In this document: piece by piece, positions 47,798-58,194 of the stretch
Position numbering within the stretch: position 1 is the stretch's first letter
How the letters are laid out: each line of letters opens with the position of its first letter
Virus record (IMG/VR): IMGVR_UViG_3300008259_002957
DNA: 64,000 bases
From: a virus
Taxonomy: Duplodnaviria > Caudoviricetes
Strand: one strand, 5' to 3'
The notes under the pieces: generated by a model
What the model was told of the DNA's origin: nothing
The model's input: only the letters and a program-made list of their open reading frames with translations
Database searches by the model: none
Made by a program: the position numbers and the translations under genes

Positions 47798-48719
47798 ATT
47801 TAGAGTGCTTGACTATGATATAATTTATTTGTCATATGACGAGCCAAACGCTGAAAAAAATTATGCAGACTTGTGTAAAAAAATTCCATGGGCAAAACGT
47901 GTACATGGTGTCAAAGGCAGTGATGCTGCACACAAAGCCTGTGCTAGACTAAGCGAAACTGACAGATTCATCACAGTCGACGGCGATAATGTTATCAGCC
48001 AAGAATTTCTTACAAAAGAATTTGATTTTGACGAAAACAGAGATCTAGAAAAGTGTGTTATTAGTTGGACTGCCCGTAATACAATTAATGGATTAATGTA
48101 TGGCAATGGCGGCCTAAAATGTTGGCCAAAAGAATATGTTTTGAACATGCGTACACACGAAAACGCAGATCCTAACAATCCACATGCACAGGTAGATTTT
48201 TGCTGGGATCTTGAATATATCCAAATGAACAGTTGTTATAGTGAAATCTACAACAACGCTACACCGCAACAAGCATGGCGTGCAGGATTTAGAGAAGGTG
48301 TTAAAATGGCACTGGACCGTGGTGTCAAGCCGACTGTAGAAGCATTTAAAAAGAATCATTGGAAAAATCTACACAGACTTTATATTTGGCTCATGGTTGG
48401 CGCAGATGTTGAGAACGGTATGTGGGGCATATACGGTGCTAGAGAAGGCCTTTATAAAACCATGCTTACTGACTGGGATTATGTAAATGTTCGTGACTTT
48501 GATTGGCTAAATGAGTATTGGGAAAACACTGTTACTAAAAAAGTAGACGAAGAAAATCTTGTTCGTAAGTGTGAAGACTTAGCAGACGTACTTATTCCAG
48601 TTCTAGATTTGCCGATTGCAGCATATCCACTAGAAGCAGATCAAAGTAAATTCTTTAAAACCGTTTATCAAAACCCAGCAAGAACTACTAATCAGCAGTT
48701 CATAGATAGAGAAGATTAA
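47790..48719 (+). CDS. Glycosyltransferase-like protein (GT2-like GT-A fold)
   Basis: DIIYLSYDEP, AHKACA and FITVDGDN (DxD-like). Confidence 0.55.
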   Translation: MGKFRVLDYDIIYLSYDEPNAEKNYADLCKKIPWAKRVHGVKGSDAAHKACARLSETDRFITVDGDNVISQEFLTKEFDFDENRDLEKCVISWTARNTINGLMYGNGGLKCWPKEYVLNMRTHENADPNNPHAQVDFCWDLEYIQMNSCYSEIYNNATPQQAWRAGFREGVKMALDRGVKPTVEAFKKNHWKNLHRLYIWLMVGADVENGMWGIYGAREGLYKTMLTDWDYVNVRDFDWLNEYWENTVTKKVDEENLVRKCEDLADVLIPVLDLPIAAYPLEADQSKFFKTVYQNPARTTNQQFIDRED

Positions 48720-50101
48720 TGTCAAAAACACAGGATTACATTAAAAATGTAAACGACGTTACTACACGACATTTTAGCCCAACATTTTGTTTTGCTAAAT
48801 GGCATCATACAACAATTTATTTGCAAACTGGAGAAACACACAGTTGTTATCATCCTGCCCCTCACAAAATTTCAGTAGATGAATTGTTAACCAATCCTAG
48901 TGCATTACACAATACACAGCAAAAAAAGCAAGAGCGTAGAGAAATGCTCGAGGGCAAACAACCAAAAGGTTGTCAATATTGCTGGAACATTGAAAATATG
49001 GGCAAAGACTACGTAAGTGATAGACACATACGCAGTGCTAGTATCTATAACGAACAACGTCTACAAGAAATTAAATTTAATCCTTGGGACTTTAACGTAA
49101 ATCCTGAGTATATTGAAATTTCATTTGGTAACGAATGTAACTTCCGTTGTGGATATTGCCATCCTAAGGCCAGTAGCCGCTTTCACAATGAAATACGACA
49201 GCACGGTCCGTATGATATGGTAAACAATCATCGCTGTGACATTGACTGGTTTAAAGTCTATGATGAAGATAACAATCCTTATCTTCATGCTTGGTGGAAA
49301 TGGTGGCCGGAGGTTAGTAAAACTCTGAACATTTTACGTGTTACTGGCGGCGAACCAACAATTCAAAAAAGTACATACAAACTATTTGATTTACTAGAGC
49401 AAGATCCTAAGCCCAATCTCGAACTAAACGTCAACAGCAACCTTGGCGGCAAAGAACGTCAACTTGAAAAGTTTACTGATGCTGTAAACAGTTTGCTATC
49501 TCAAAATAAGATTAAACAATTTAAGTTATTTACAAGTGTTGACACTTGGAATGAACGTGCTGAATACATTCGTGATGGCCTTGACATAGAAGTATTTGAA
49601 AGAAACTTAGATTATTTTTTGCGTAATACAACTGCTCCAGTTACATTTATGATTACGTTTAATATTTTTAGTGTAACTACGTTTCAAACTCTGCTTGAAA
49701 AAATTCTCGAATGGCGTCGTAAATACAACGATGTTGAAAGCAGTCGTTGGCAGCGTATTCATTTTGATACACCTTATTTAAAAGAACCTCTACAATACGA
49801 CATCAATATTCTTCCTAAAGAACGATATATGCAGTATATGGAACAGCATCTACAGTTTATCAAAGACAACGTTCAAGAAGGTAGCAAAGTTCATTTTAGT
49901 GAACTTGAATATGAAAAGTTTAGACGTGTAGTTGATTACATGCGTAGCACAGAATATGCTCCTGAAAAAATACACGAAGGTAGAAAAGACTTTTGGAATT
50001 TCTTTAAAGAACAAGATCGTAGACGTAACATAGATTTTGAATCTACTTTTCCTGAAATGAACGATTTTTTCCAACTGTGTAAGCAAGCAGCAAATGGATA
50101 A
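48719..50101 (+). CDS. Radical SAM enzyme with N-terminal twitch/SPASM-like Fe-S domain
   Basis: FCFAKW...HSCYHP...CQYCW, then CNFRCGYC and VTGGEPT. Confidence 0.9.
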   Translation: MSKTQDYIKNVNDVTTRHFSPTFCFAKWHHTTIYLQTGETHSCYHPAPHKISVDELLTNPSALHNTQQKKQERREMLEGKQPKGCQYCWNIENMGKDYVSDRHIRSASIYNEQRLQEIKFNPWDFNVNPEYIEISFGNECNFRCGYCHPKASSRFHNEIRQHGPYDMVNNHRCDIDWFKVYDEDNNPYLHAWWKWWPEVSKTLNILRVTGGEPTIQKSTYKLFDLLEQDPKPNLELNVNSNLGGKERQLEKFTDAVNSLLSQNKIKQFKLFTSVDTWNERAEYIRDGLDIEVFERNLDYFLRNTTAPVTFMITFNIFSVTTFQTLLEKILEWRRKYNDVESSRWQRIHFDTPYLKEPLQYDINILPKERYMQYMEQHLQFIKDNVQEGSKVHFSELEYEKFRRVVDYMRSTEYAPEKIHEGRKDFWNFFKEQDRRRNIDFESTFPEMNDFFQLCKQAANG

Positions 50102-51320
50102 AGATTACTTATTAAACAAGAGCAAAACGTTTTGCATGTTTCCGTGGATACATCTCAATGTTACTCCGCTAGGTAATGTTTATCCTTGCTGTAGTTCTGA
50201 TTATACAGATCCTTTTGCTAACGTTAAAGATGCTTCACTTGCTGAAATTTTTAATAATGACCGAATGAAGCAATTGCGTTTAGATATGTTGTCTGACAAA
50301 AATAATAAAATTTGTACATACTGCTACAAACACGAAGAAAGTTCGCCGTTTAGTTTTAGGAAATATAGTATAGAACACTTTGGCAAAGACTTTGATGAGT
50401 TAGTTACTTTAACAAACAGTGACGGAAGTATGCCACAATTTTCTATGAAATACTTTGATGTAAGATTTTCTAACATCTGTAACATGAAGTGTCGTACTTG
50501 TGGTGCAGAATTTTCCAGCCAATGGGCTCAAGAAATGAAGCAACACGAAGCAGTTAGCAAAGATTATAGAATTATAAATCACGCCGATAGTACAGGTCAA
50601 CTTTTAGAAGAAATTAAAAATCAAGTTGAAAATATTGATCTAGCATACTTTGCTGGCGGCGAGCCACTAATTACAGAAGAACATTATATAATTCTTGAAG
50701 AAATGATTCGCAAAGGTGTAAACAAAAATATTACACTTCGTTACAATACTAATATGAGTAATTTTAAATATAAAAAATACAACGTACTTGATCTTTGGAG
50801 TAGATTTAAGCGTGTAGAAATCTCAGCAAGTATTGATCACTACGGAGAACGTGCTGAATATATACGTCACGGAACAGACTGGGCTGTTGTAGAATCTAAT
50901 TTAAAGTCTATTAGAGACTTAGATTACATTGACTATCAGTACAACACAGTACTAAGTGTTTTTAATTATGCAACACTCGATCAATTTTATAACTATCTTA
51001 TTGAAAAAGATCTGTTGCGTAAAAAAGACATGATTAGCATCTATAGAGCGTTAACTCCTTCTTATTATGCTGCAACAATTTTACCAAAATCTATCAAGCA
51101 ATTTGGAACAGACAAATTAAATGATTTGCATGATTTTATGATTGCTGGAGATTGGTATCAAGCAATGCATATTCAAGATGCTATTAGATTTACAAATCAA
51201 ACAGACGAATGGGATAAAGAACGCGAACAGTTTACACATCATACACAAAGACGTGATAAAATTCGTGGAGAAAGTTTTACAAGTGTGTTTCCAGAATTGA
51301 GTGAAATGTTAAATGGATAA
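50094..51320 (+). CDS. Radical SAM enzyme with N-terminal twitch/SPASM-like domain
   Basis: FCMFPWIH...PCC...CTYC, then CNMKCRTC and FAGGEPL. Confidence 0.9.
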   Translation: MDKDYLLNKSKTFCMFPWIHLNVTPLGNVYPCCSSDYTDPFANVKDASLAEIFNNDRMKQLRLDMLSDKNNKICTYCYKHEESSPFSFRKYSIEHFGKDFDELVTLTNSDGSMPQFSMKYFDVRFSNICNMKCRTCGAEFSSQWAQEMKQHEAVSKDYRIINHADSTGQLLEEIKNQVENIDLAYFAGGEPLITEEHYIILEEMIRKGVNKNITLRYNTNMSNFKYKKYNVLDLWSRFKRVEISASIDHYGERAEYIRHGTDWAVVESNLKSIRDLDYIDYQYNTVLSVFNYATLDQFYNYLIEKDLLRKKDMISIYRALTPSYYAATILPKSIKQFGTDKLNDLHDFMIAGDWYQAMHIQDAIRFTNQTDEWDKEREQFTHHTQRRDKIRGESFTSVFPELSEMLNG

Positions 51321-52596
51321 AGAAGAATTATTAAAGAAGAATCGGGCATTTTGTATTTTACCTTGGATTCACATGCACGTATGGCCAAATGGCAACGCAA
51401 TGCCTTGCTGTATTTCCGATAGTACACAACCGTTTGGAAACTTAAAAGACAACAGTATTGAAGAAGTTTGGAACAGCGAAAAATACAAAGAATTGCGTTT
51501 GGCGATGCTGGAAGGCAAAAAACTTGATGTATGTAGCCGTTGTTATGAACTCGAAGATAGTACTTATATTTGGACGCTAAGAAAAAATCACAACCATTGG
51601 TTTGGTGAAAAACACTTTGACTTGGTAGAAAAAACAAAAGACGACGGCAGTATTGATGAATTTCGCATGGCATACTTAGACATACGTTTTTCAAATATCT
51701 GTAATATGAAGTGTCGCAGTTGTGGACCTGAACTAAGCAGTCAACATGCCAAAGAATTTAAAGATTTGTATGGAGAACACGAACTTGCTCGTATGCTAAA
51801 AAACGATGGCAAGATTGTAGTTAATATTGCTAAAGAAAATAACTTTTGGAATGACTTAACAAAGTATTTGCCTGACATTGAAGAAGTATATTTTGCAGGC
51901 GGAGAAGCACTTATCACAGACGAACATTATCAAATTCTTGACTATTGGCTAGAAAATAACAAGCGTGATGTTCGTCTAAGATATACAACTAACTTTAGTA
52001 ATTTTAGATACAAGCAAAAGTCTATTATAGACTATTGGCAAGAATTTTCAGACATTCAAGTCAGCGCAAGCCTTGACTGTAATGGTTATAGAGCAGAATA
52101 TTCTAGACACGGAACAGTATGGAATACAATTGAACGTAACAGACAAGAAATGTTAGAACGTGTACCTCACGTACATTTCGAACTAACACCCACAGTCAGT
52201 CTTTATAATGCCTGGAACTGGCCGGACTTTCACATGGATTGGGTTGAGCGTGGATTAGTTGATATTGAAAATTGCAGACTTAATATGCTTACTGGACCAG
52301 ACTTTATGAGAATTGACAACGTTCCGGAAAGTGTTAAAATCGAATTAAGAGCAAAATATCTTGATTATAAATCTTGGGCATTTGAAAAAATAAAAGATCG
52401 AGCAAAGAACAAGCCAGAAATAATTAAAGATGTAATTGGAAAGATTGATAGTGTAGTTCAGTTTATGAATACTGGAACAGAGAATAAAGAAAAGTTAAAG
52501 CAGTTTATTGAAAACAATAATAATCTTGATCGATATAGAAAAGAAAACTTTTGGGCAGTATTTCCTGAAATGTCATGGTTAAAACAATATGAGTGA
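51313..52596 (+). CDS. Radical SAM enzyme with N-terminal twitch/SPASM-like domain (tandem paralog)
   Basis: FCILPWIH...PCC...CSRC, then CNMKCRSC and FAGGEAL. Confidence 0.9.
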   Translation: MDKEELLKKNRAFCILPWIHMHVWPNGNAMPCCISDSTQPFGNLKDNSIEEVWNSEKYKELRLAMLEGKKLDVCSRCYELEDSTYIWTLRKNHNHWFGEKHFDLVEKTKDDGSIDEFRMAYLDIRFSNICNMKCRSCGPELSSQHAKEFKDLYGEHELARMLKNDGKIVVNIAKENNFWNDLTKYLPDIEEVYFAGGEALITDEHYQILDYWLENNKRDVRLRYTTNFSNFRYKQKSIIDYWQEFSDIQVSASLDCNGYRAEYSRHGTVWNTIERNRQEMLERVPHVHFELTPTVSLYNAWNWPDFHMDWVERGLVDIENCRLNMLTGPDFMRIDNVPESVKIELRAKYLDYKSWAFEKIKDRAKNKPEIIKDVIGKIDSVVQFMNTGTENKEKLKQFIENNNNLDRYRKENFWAVFPEMSWLKQYE

Positions 52597-53551
52597 ACTA
52601 TTTAAAATAACACCGATCGAAGACAAGTATATGAGTCTTACTTGGCAAGTAAACAATTTTTGTAACTATCAGTGTAGTTATTGTAACCCAGGTAATTGGA
52701 GTGGTACATCACGTAACAATGGTAATCTAGATTCTTATAAGCGTAATGTAAGAAATATCTTTCAACAATATCAAGACAGAGGTTACAGATATTTTAAAAT
52801 ATTTTACAGCGGCGGCGAGCCCACACATTGGGAAAACTTTATTCCTCTAACAGAATACTTAAAAGCGGAATTAGGTGATAATTTAACTGTTGCAGTTAAT
52901 ACAAATCTAAGTCGTCCTTTGAGATATTGGGAACAACACTATCATCTATTTGATGACATAGTTGCAAGTTTTCATATTGAATATGTTAAACCTGATAGGT
53001 ACATTGAAAACGCAGCATTTTTGTGTGACAAAGTAGATTATCTTTGCACAAAAATGCTAATGCATGAAGAACGCTTTTGGGAAGTTGTTGAATTTGGTAA
53101 TCGTGTAAGAAATGAAGTGCTGAACTATAATTTAGAGTGGACACCTTTATTTGACGAAATGAGTGTTAATGCAGGACCGTGGAAATACTCTGATCCTGCT
53201 AAAGAAAAGTTTTTAAGAGAAGCACAGTTTGAAACTGTAATGCGTAAAACCAAACCTTACAGAACAAATCGAGCAATTAGTTTAGCACATTATACAGATT
53301 CTGTAGAGCCAGTAAATAGTAATAAGATTATTTCAGCAAGACAAAACTTTTTTGCAGGCTGGCGCTGTTCGGTTGATGATGCACTGTTTATCAATCCAAT
53401 TGGACAAATTAGCAGTGCTAGTTGTGGAGTTGGAAACAACCACGGAAATATCTTAAATGAAAATTTAAAGTTTAATCTAAACCCTGTAATTTGTAGCAAG
53501 GAACACTGTCACTGTGGTACCGATATCATCATTCCTAAAGAAAAAATATAA
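52589..53551 (+). CDS. Radical SAM enzyme with C-terminal Cys-rich (SPASM/twitch-like) domain
   Basis: CNYQCSYC, YSGGEPT, and C-terminal WRC...SASC...CSKEHCHCGTD. Confidence 0.88.
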   Translation: MSELFKITPIEDKYMSLTWQVNNFCNYQCSYCNPGNWSGTSRNNGNLDSYKRNVRNIFQQYQDRGYRYFKIFYSGGEPTHWENFIPLTEYLKAELGDNLTVAVNTNLSRPLRYWEQHYHLFDDIVASFHIEYVKPDRYIENAAFLCDKVDYLCTKMLMHEERFWEVVEFGNRVRNEVLNYNLEWTPLFDEMSVNAGPWKYSDPAKEKFLREAQFETVMRKTKPYRTNRAISLAHYTDSVEPVNSNKIISARQNFFAGWRCSVDDALFINPIGQISSASCGVGNNHGNILNENLKFNLNPVICSKEHCHCGTDIIIPKEKI

Positions 53552-54281
53552 TTTTTCTCATCTTTTTGTTAACGGTTGCAGTCATAGTGCTGGCAGCGAA
53601 ATCGAGGGTAGCGGTATAGGTGAAGGCAACTATAACAGAGAAAACTGTTTTGGTGCTCAGTTGGCTTATAAACTTGGTGTTGATTATACTAATATTGCTT
53701 TACCCGGCGGCAGTAATGATTACATTAATAGATCTTCGACTCATTGGATTTTAGATAATTTAGAGTTGGCAAAGCAGTCACTATTTTTAATACACTGGAC
53801 TGGTAGTTCGAGATCTGAAATCTTTTTTAATAGTGCAAACACTGAACACTATTGGCATTTTGTTCCTTATGTACCTGATCGAAATGTAGGACATGTTCAT
53901 GCAGATCATTATGCTCCGACATTCCCGCAAGAACAAAAGCACGTACTTGATGCACTCTCTCGTTATATGTTTGTCAACGAAGAACACTGGGAAATAAACA
54001 GATACCTAAACATAATTAACTTGCAAACAATTTTGGAAGCACATCAAATACCTTACATTTTTAGAAATGGATTTCAAAGTTGTGCTGTTGGTAATAGATA
54101 CGCTTATTATCAAACAAAAGTTAATGCAAATAACTTTTATAAATTTGACGACGTTTCAGAATCATTTTTCGAACATTGCATCGCAGCAGGTTTTAGTGTT
54201 GAAGGACAACGGTATTGGCACCACAGAAAAGATGCTCATACTTATTGGGCTAGCCGTTTGTACGATCAGAATTTTCTATAA
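53514..54281 (+). CDS. SGNH/GDSL hydrolase-like protein (esterase/acyltransferase)
   Basis: NGCSHSAG, NIALPGGSN and a C-terminal HH...AH; GTG start with AAGGA upstream. Confidence 0.55.
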   Translation: MVPISSFLKKKYNFSHLFVNGCSHSAGSEIEGSGIGEGNYNRENCFGAQLAYKLGVDYTNIALPGGSNDYINRSSTHWILDNLELAKQSLFLIHWTGSSRSEIFFNSANTEHYWHFVPYVPDRNVGHVHADHYAPTFPQEQKHVLDALSRYMFVNEEHWEINRYLNIINLQTILEAHQIPYIFRNGFQSCAVGNRYAYYQTKVNANNFYKFDDVSESFFEHCIAAGFSVEGQRYWHHRKDAHTYWASRLYDQNFL

Positions 54282-55599
54282 GTTGTGAATTTAATTCATT
54301 GTAAAATTTGTTTAAATTGTATAGATTTTCGTTATTATGTTTTAGTATAGGAATCATATCGGTATACATTTTTTGTAATTCTTCTATAGTAAATGTATCG
54401 ATATATTCAATAATTTCGCATATTCTTGCTAGCCTATCTTTGTTTGATTTAATATTATCGTAGTCTTCTGGCCAGTATGCATCAAAGGTTTTAAAACCCA
54501 TATCTTTTAACATTTGTAATGTTCCTGGTGCAGCACACATTAAAAATGGTCTATAATTTTTAATTGCATTGAGAGTTTTTTCACTAATATTTGGCCACGG
54601 TTGTGTAACTCGAGATTCCTGTACAATAGCACAAAAACTTTCATAATACGAGTCCACAGGGTCTTGACTTTTTCTAATGTTAAATCCTGGAGCATCATAT
54701 TCAGGATCGGTTCCGTTTTCGCCTATTGTTTTTGGATTTGCAATCTCTATAGATAATGGAACTATCTCTTGCAACAGTGTATTCCCGTTTAACAATGTTT
54801 TTGATAGTGTAGGATATTTTAAAGAAAATTCTTTCCAACTAAACCAAAAACGTGAAATCATGTCCTCGTTGCTTAATTTAAAATAAAAACTAACATTGTT
54901 GTTGTTTATTAAATTTTTTCCTGCTAAAAATGCAGTTATAAAATGTCTGCTTGGATCATACCTCCAAGCACCGCTCCAAAACTTTTTAGTTATTAAATTT
55001 GGTTTAATGTTTACATGTTTATATAAACAGAACATTCTAGTTCTGTTTTCTATTAAACCTAGACGTTGAGAATACCATACAACAAACAAGTCCATTGAAA
55101 GTAATGTTAGCGAAGGATATATTTTTTGATAATATTCCCAGCATTTATAATCTGTGCAATATACTTTTAAATTTTTAATATTATTTTTTCTTGCCCAATG
55201 TTCTATACTATCTAATTCTAAGCAACGAATTTTTTCTATTTCGTGATCTTCGTTGTCAATTTTTAAAATATGAGGTTCGTATAGTGGATTACGTTTGGGA
55301 TTATATATGTAATGAGTCAGCGGTTCAAAGAAATAAAAACTAACTTCTTCGTTGCTGATAATTTTTCTAAAATGGTCTTTTTCTAGTAATTTTTCTAACT
55401 GCGTTATATAGTGTGTACCGTTGTATATTATAAATGGATTTTTTTCAGTTTTTAAAAAAGATTCATTAAGTAAATGTCTTAATCCTTCACAATTTTTAAT
55501 TTCTAAAAAATTGTGTTTTGTGCCATTAGAATCTATAACAATTGGTAATATCTTTCCTCGTGCAGAAAAAACCAAAGATGAAAACCAATTTGTTAACAA
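54250..55599 (-). CDS. Glycosyltransferase-like protein (GT10/fucosyltransferase-like C-terminal motif)
   Basis: FCAIVQES...ISEKT...RPF...MGFKTFD; TTG start with AAGGAG SD 7 nt upstream. Confidence 0.5.
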   Translation of the reverse strand: MLTNWFSSLVFSARGKILPIVIDSNGTKHNFLEIKNCEGLRHLLNESFLKTEKNPFIIYNGTHYITQLEKLLEKDHFRKIISNEEVSFYFFEPLTHYIYNPKRNPLYEPHILKIDNEDHEIEKIRCLELDSIEHWARKNNIKNLKVYCTDYKCWEYYQKIYPSLTLLSMDLFVVWYSQRLGLIENRTRMFCLYKHVNIKPNLITKKFWSGAWRYDPSRHFITAFLAGKNLINNNNVSFYFKLSNEDMISRFWFSWKEFSLKYPTLSKTLLNGNTLLQEIVPLSIEIANPKTIGENGTDPEYDAPGFNIRKSQDPVDSYYESFCAIVQESRVTQPWPNISEKTLNAIKNYRPFLMCAAPGTLQMLKDMGFKTFDAYWPEDYDNIKSNKDRLARICEIIEYIDTFTIEELQKMYTDMIPILKHNNENLYNLNKFYNELNSQLIENSDRTNG

Positions 55600-55648
55600 A
55601 ATTAAACTCCTTACATTAAATAATTTAAATTATTTATGTAGGTATAAT

Positions 55649-56440
55649 ATGATAGAATTTTATAATGACAAACCTCTTTTATTTCGAAGTGAATTAGTTA
55701 ATAAAACACTAAATTGGTATTCTACAGATTCAAAAGACCTGTTTAAACAACAATCTAAAGATTTTAAAAAAAATCATGAACACGAAATTGTTTATAAATT
55801 TAACAGTCTGGGGCATAGAACAAAAGAAATCAGCGACCTAAATCGAGACTTTTTATTAACATTTGGGTGTAGTTATACCGAAGGTGTCGGACTAAACACT
55901 GATAAAATCTGGAATGATCGAGTTTCTAAAGATCTCAAATTAGATTTATACAATTGTGCTTTAGAAGCAAGCGGTATGGATGTGCAATATTATAATGCAA
56001 CATTATGGAAAAACAGTAAACTTCCTATTCCAAAATTGGTTATTGTACAATGGCCTCAAAAAGCTAGAAAACAATTTGGCCTTCACAGACATGACCATAT
56101 TGAATTGCGAGACATGACGTCGCCATCGACCAAAGATGGAGTATGGTGGGGGCGTAGATATCTGCTTGATGTAGGTGAAATGTACTTAAACAACTTTATG
56201 TGGTTTGAAAATTTTAATAATATATGGCAATCCATGAACGTTCCAGTACTAAACTTTACCTGGGACGACGATGATTTAGAAGTTATATTAAAGAGAAGTA
56301 AATATAAAATATGGGCTATCGTACCAGATACGCTTGACAAGGCCAGAGACAACGGACACGACGGTCCGGAATTTCATAGAGGTACAGCAGAACAGTTATT
56401 AGAAATAATGAAATTACCCAACTTCACGTACAAGATCTAA
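55649..56440 (+). CDS. SGNH hydrolase-like protein (start revised to ATG 55649)
   Basis: TFGCSYTEG, NCALEASG, VQWP and DNGHDGPEFH. Confidence 0.55.
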   Translation: MIEFYNDKPLLFRSELVNKTLNWYSTDSKDLFKQQSKDFKKNHEHEIVYKFNSLGHRTKEISDLNRDFLLTFGCSYTEGVGLNTDKIWNDRVSKDLKLDLYNCALEASGMDVQYYNATLWKNSKLPIPKLVIVQWPQKARKQFGLHRHDHIELRDMTSPSTKDGVWWGRRYLLDVGEMYLNNFMWFENFNNIWQSMNVPVLNFTWDDDDLEVILKRSKYKIWAIVPDTLDKARDNGHDGPEFHRGTAEQLLEIMKLPNFTYKI

Positions 56441-57394
56441 CGTGCAACAATGGAAACAACCTCCGAGCGTTCTAGCATGACGTAACGGTAGCATAGCACA
56501 TTCTATACCGTGTGCTTCTAATGCTTTGCGTGTGGGTTCTTGATGTTTTTCTAATACTACTAGATTGGGATTTACACTAAACAGATTAACATTCCAAGTC
56601 CAAATACTGCTATTGCACAATCCTGGATAATGACCTACATCAACAGGTTCTGGTGCCCATACGATGTCCCATTTATTAAACGGCGCAGGTAACATATCAC
56701 GATTTTTAATTCTACTGGGATTTGCAAGTAAAAGTCCTTCTCTTAAAAATGCAACAGTGCTATCAATATGCATATAAGAATAAACTTTTTCTAATGTATG
56801 AACTTTAACATCGTTTCCTACAAATTCTTGTAAGTATTTTGCACCTGCTTTATTTCCACTATTACTTACTAAGTAAAGCAACTGGTCGTTTGCACGTATG
56901 ACATTTGCAGCATCAAACTTAGGAGCAATTTCAGTTAATGCAAGTTGATCAGGATCGCCGATGCAATCTTCGTTATACATGTCGTCTTTTTGATAATTTT
57001 CTGCTATTGTAAAATTGTTACCAAGATGTTCAACAATATGTAAAAATTCTTGTTCTCTAGCACGTAAACTCATTGGAGTTGCTAGTGCAGTGTTTTTATA
57101 AACAAACACACTGTCTCTAGGACAATAATTGTAGTATCCTGTTGGAACTCTGTTTGGGCGTTTAACTTCTACCCCTTCGCCTTTTAAAAAATTGACAAAC
57201 GTGTCTAAATCTTCGTTGCTTTCTTCTACAACTTGTTTTGGATAAGGCCTGGATTTTACAGTATCAACAGATTTTTTATCTGCATAATTTACTACCCGTA
57301 AGCTTTTATCCATTGTAGGAATTTGTGCATATTCGGGAACTCCGACAATTACTTTTTTGAGTGGATCCCACTCGTTGGTGCTATAAATACTCAT
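56414..57394 (-). CDS. Amidinotransferase (glycine/inosamine-phosphate amidinotransferase family, StrB1/AGAT-like)
   Basis: NEWDPLKKVIVG, CPRD, FDAA (Asp), MHIDST (His) and LGGCFHC (Cys); full catalytic triad. Confidence 0.9.
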   Translation of the reverse strand: MSIYSTNEWDPLKKVIVGVPEYAQIPTMDKSLRVVNYADKKSVDTVKSRPYPKQVVEESNEDLDTFVNFLKGEGVEVKRPNRVPTGYYNYCPRDSVFVYKNTALATPMSLRAREQEFLHIVEHLGNNFTIAENYQKDDMYNEDCIGDPDQLALTEIAPKFDAANVIRANDQLLYLVSNSGNKAGAKYLQEFVGNDVKVHTLEKVYSYMHIDSTVAFLREGLLLANPSRIKNRDMLPAPFNKWDIVWAPEPVDVGHYPGLCNSSIWTWNVNLFSVNPNLVVLEKHQEPTRKALEAHGIECAMLPLRHARTLGGCFHCCTLDLVREVG

Positions 57395-57404
57395 ACAATA
57401 TTTA
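57382..57404. promoter_or_regulatory. Divergent late promoter pair: TATAAATA (+, 57382-57389) and TAAATA (-, 57399-57404)
   Basis: Both boxes are read directly from the sequence; they face the 57415 and 57394 starts. Confidence 0.6.
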
Positions 57405-57414
57405 AGGAGTTTTT

Positions 57415-58194
57415 ATGTCTCGTCTTTTCACATTTGGTTGTAGTTTCACACAATATGGTTGGCCAACATGGGCAGATATAATTGCATACGACAAAGATGT
57501 AGAATACTACAATTATGCGATTGCAGGGTTAGGAAATGTTGGTATTGCTCACAGAATTTTAGAGGCAGATCTAAAACACAAATTTCAAGACGGTGACGAA
57601 ATTTTTATTTTATGGTCAAGTTGGAGTAGAGAAGATAGAGTTAAAGATGCGGCATGGATTGGCCGTGGATCGGTATTAACTTATAACAGTCATCATTATG
57701 ATAAATCGTTTCTTAAAAAATATTGGGATTTTGATAACGATGTTGTTAAAAACTCTACTGCTATAATAACAACAAATCGTTTATTTAAAAATTTTATCAC
57801 ATGGCAAGCAAGTGCATTTGAATTTTTTACTACCGAAGGACTCAATTTAACTAAACACAGGAATGGCAATATTATTAATCTTTATAAAAACGAATTACCC
57901 AACTTAACAGTTATTCCTTGTGAAACTAAAAAAAATTCGTTTAAAATAGTACGAGATTCGCATCCTGATGTTTTAGGACATCTAAATTTAGCAACTCGAA
58001 TATACAAAGACTTAGATTTAACAATTAAAGATAAAACAAAAAATACATTTATACGTCTACAGCACGACATAGAAAATTCAATAAAAGAAACTGATAATTT
58101 TCAACAAGTACTTGACAAAATTACTGTCTTAATGAAATTAAATTACAAAAAACTTTTTTCTATAAGAAATTATCCTTCATTGAACGAAGATTGA
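57415..58194 (+). CDS. SGNH hydrolase-like protein
   Basis: TFGCSFT, NYAIAGLGN, LWSSWSRED and DSHPDVLGH; AAGGAG SD. Confidence 0.55.
   Translation: MSRLFTFGCSFTQYGWPTWADIIAYDKDVEYYNYAIAGLGNVGIAHRILEADLKHKFQDGDEIFILWSSWSREDRVKDAAWIGRGSVLTYNSHHYDKSFLKKYWDFDNDVVKNSTAIITTNRLFKNFITWQASAFEFFTTEGLNLTKHRNGNIINLYKNELPNLTVIPCETKKNSFKIVRDSHPDVLGHLNLATRIYKDLDLTIKDKTKNTFIRLQHDIENSIKETDNFQQVLDKITVLMKLNYKKLFSIRNYPSLNED

Noticed and set aside
55421-55648. N-terminal 76 codons of the 339-aa ORF
   Set aside because: Overlaps the start and SD of the opposite-strand gene; ATG 55649 is more plausible.
48719-57394. 7-deazaguanine/archaeosine DNA modification (rSAM QueE plus amidinotransferase)
   Set aside because: No FolE, QueD, QueC or DpdA in the window; the rSAMs are not QueE-like; the amidinotransferase is of the AGAT/StrB1 fold, not ArcS/Gat-QueC. 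Genes outside the window cannot be excluded.
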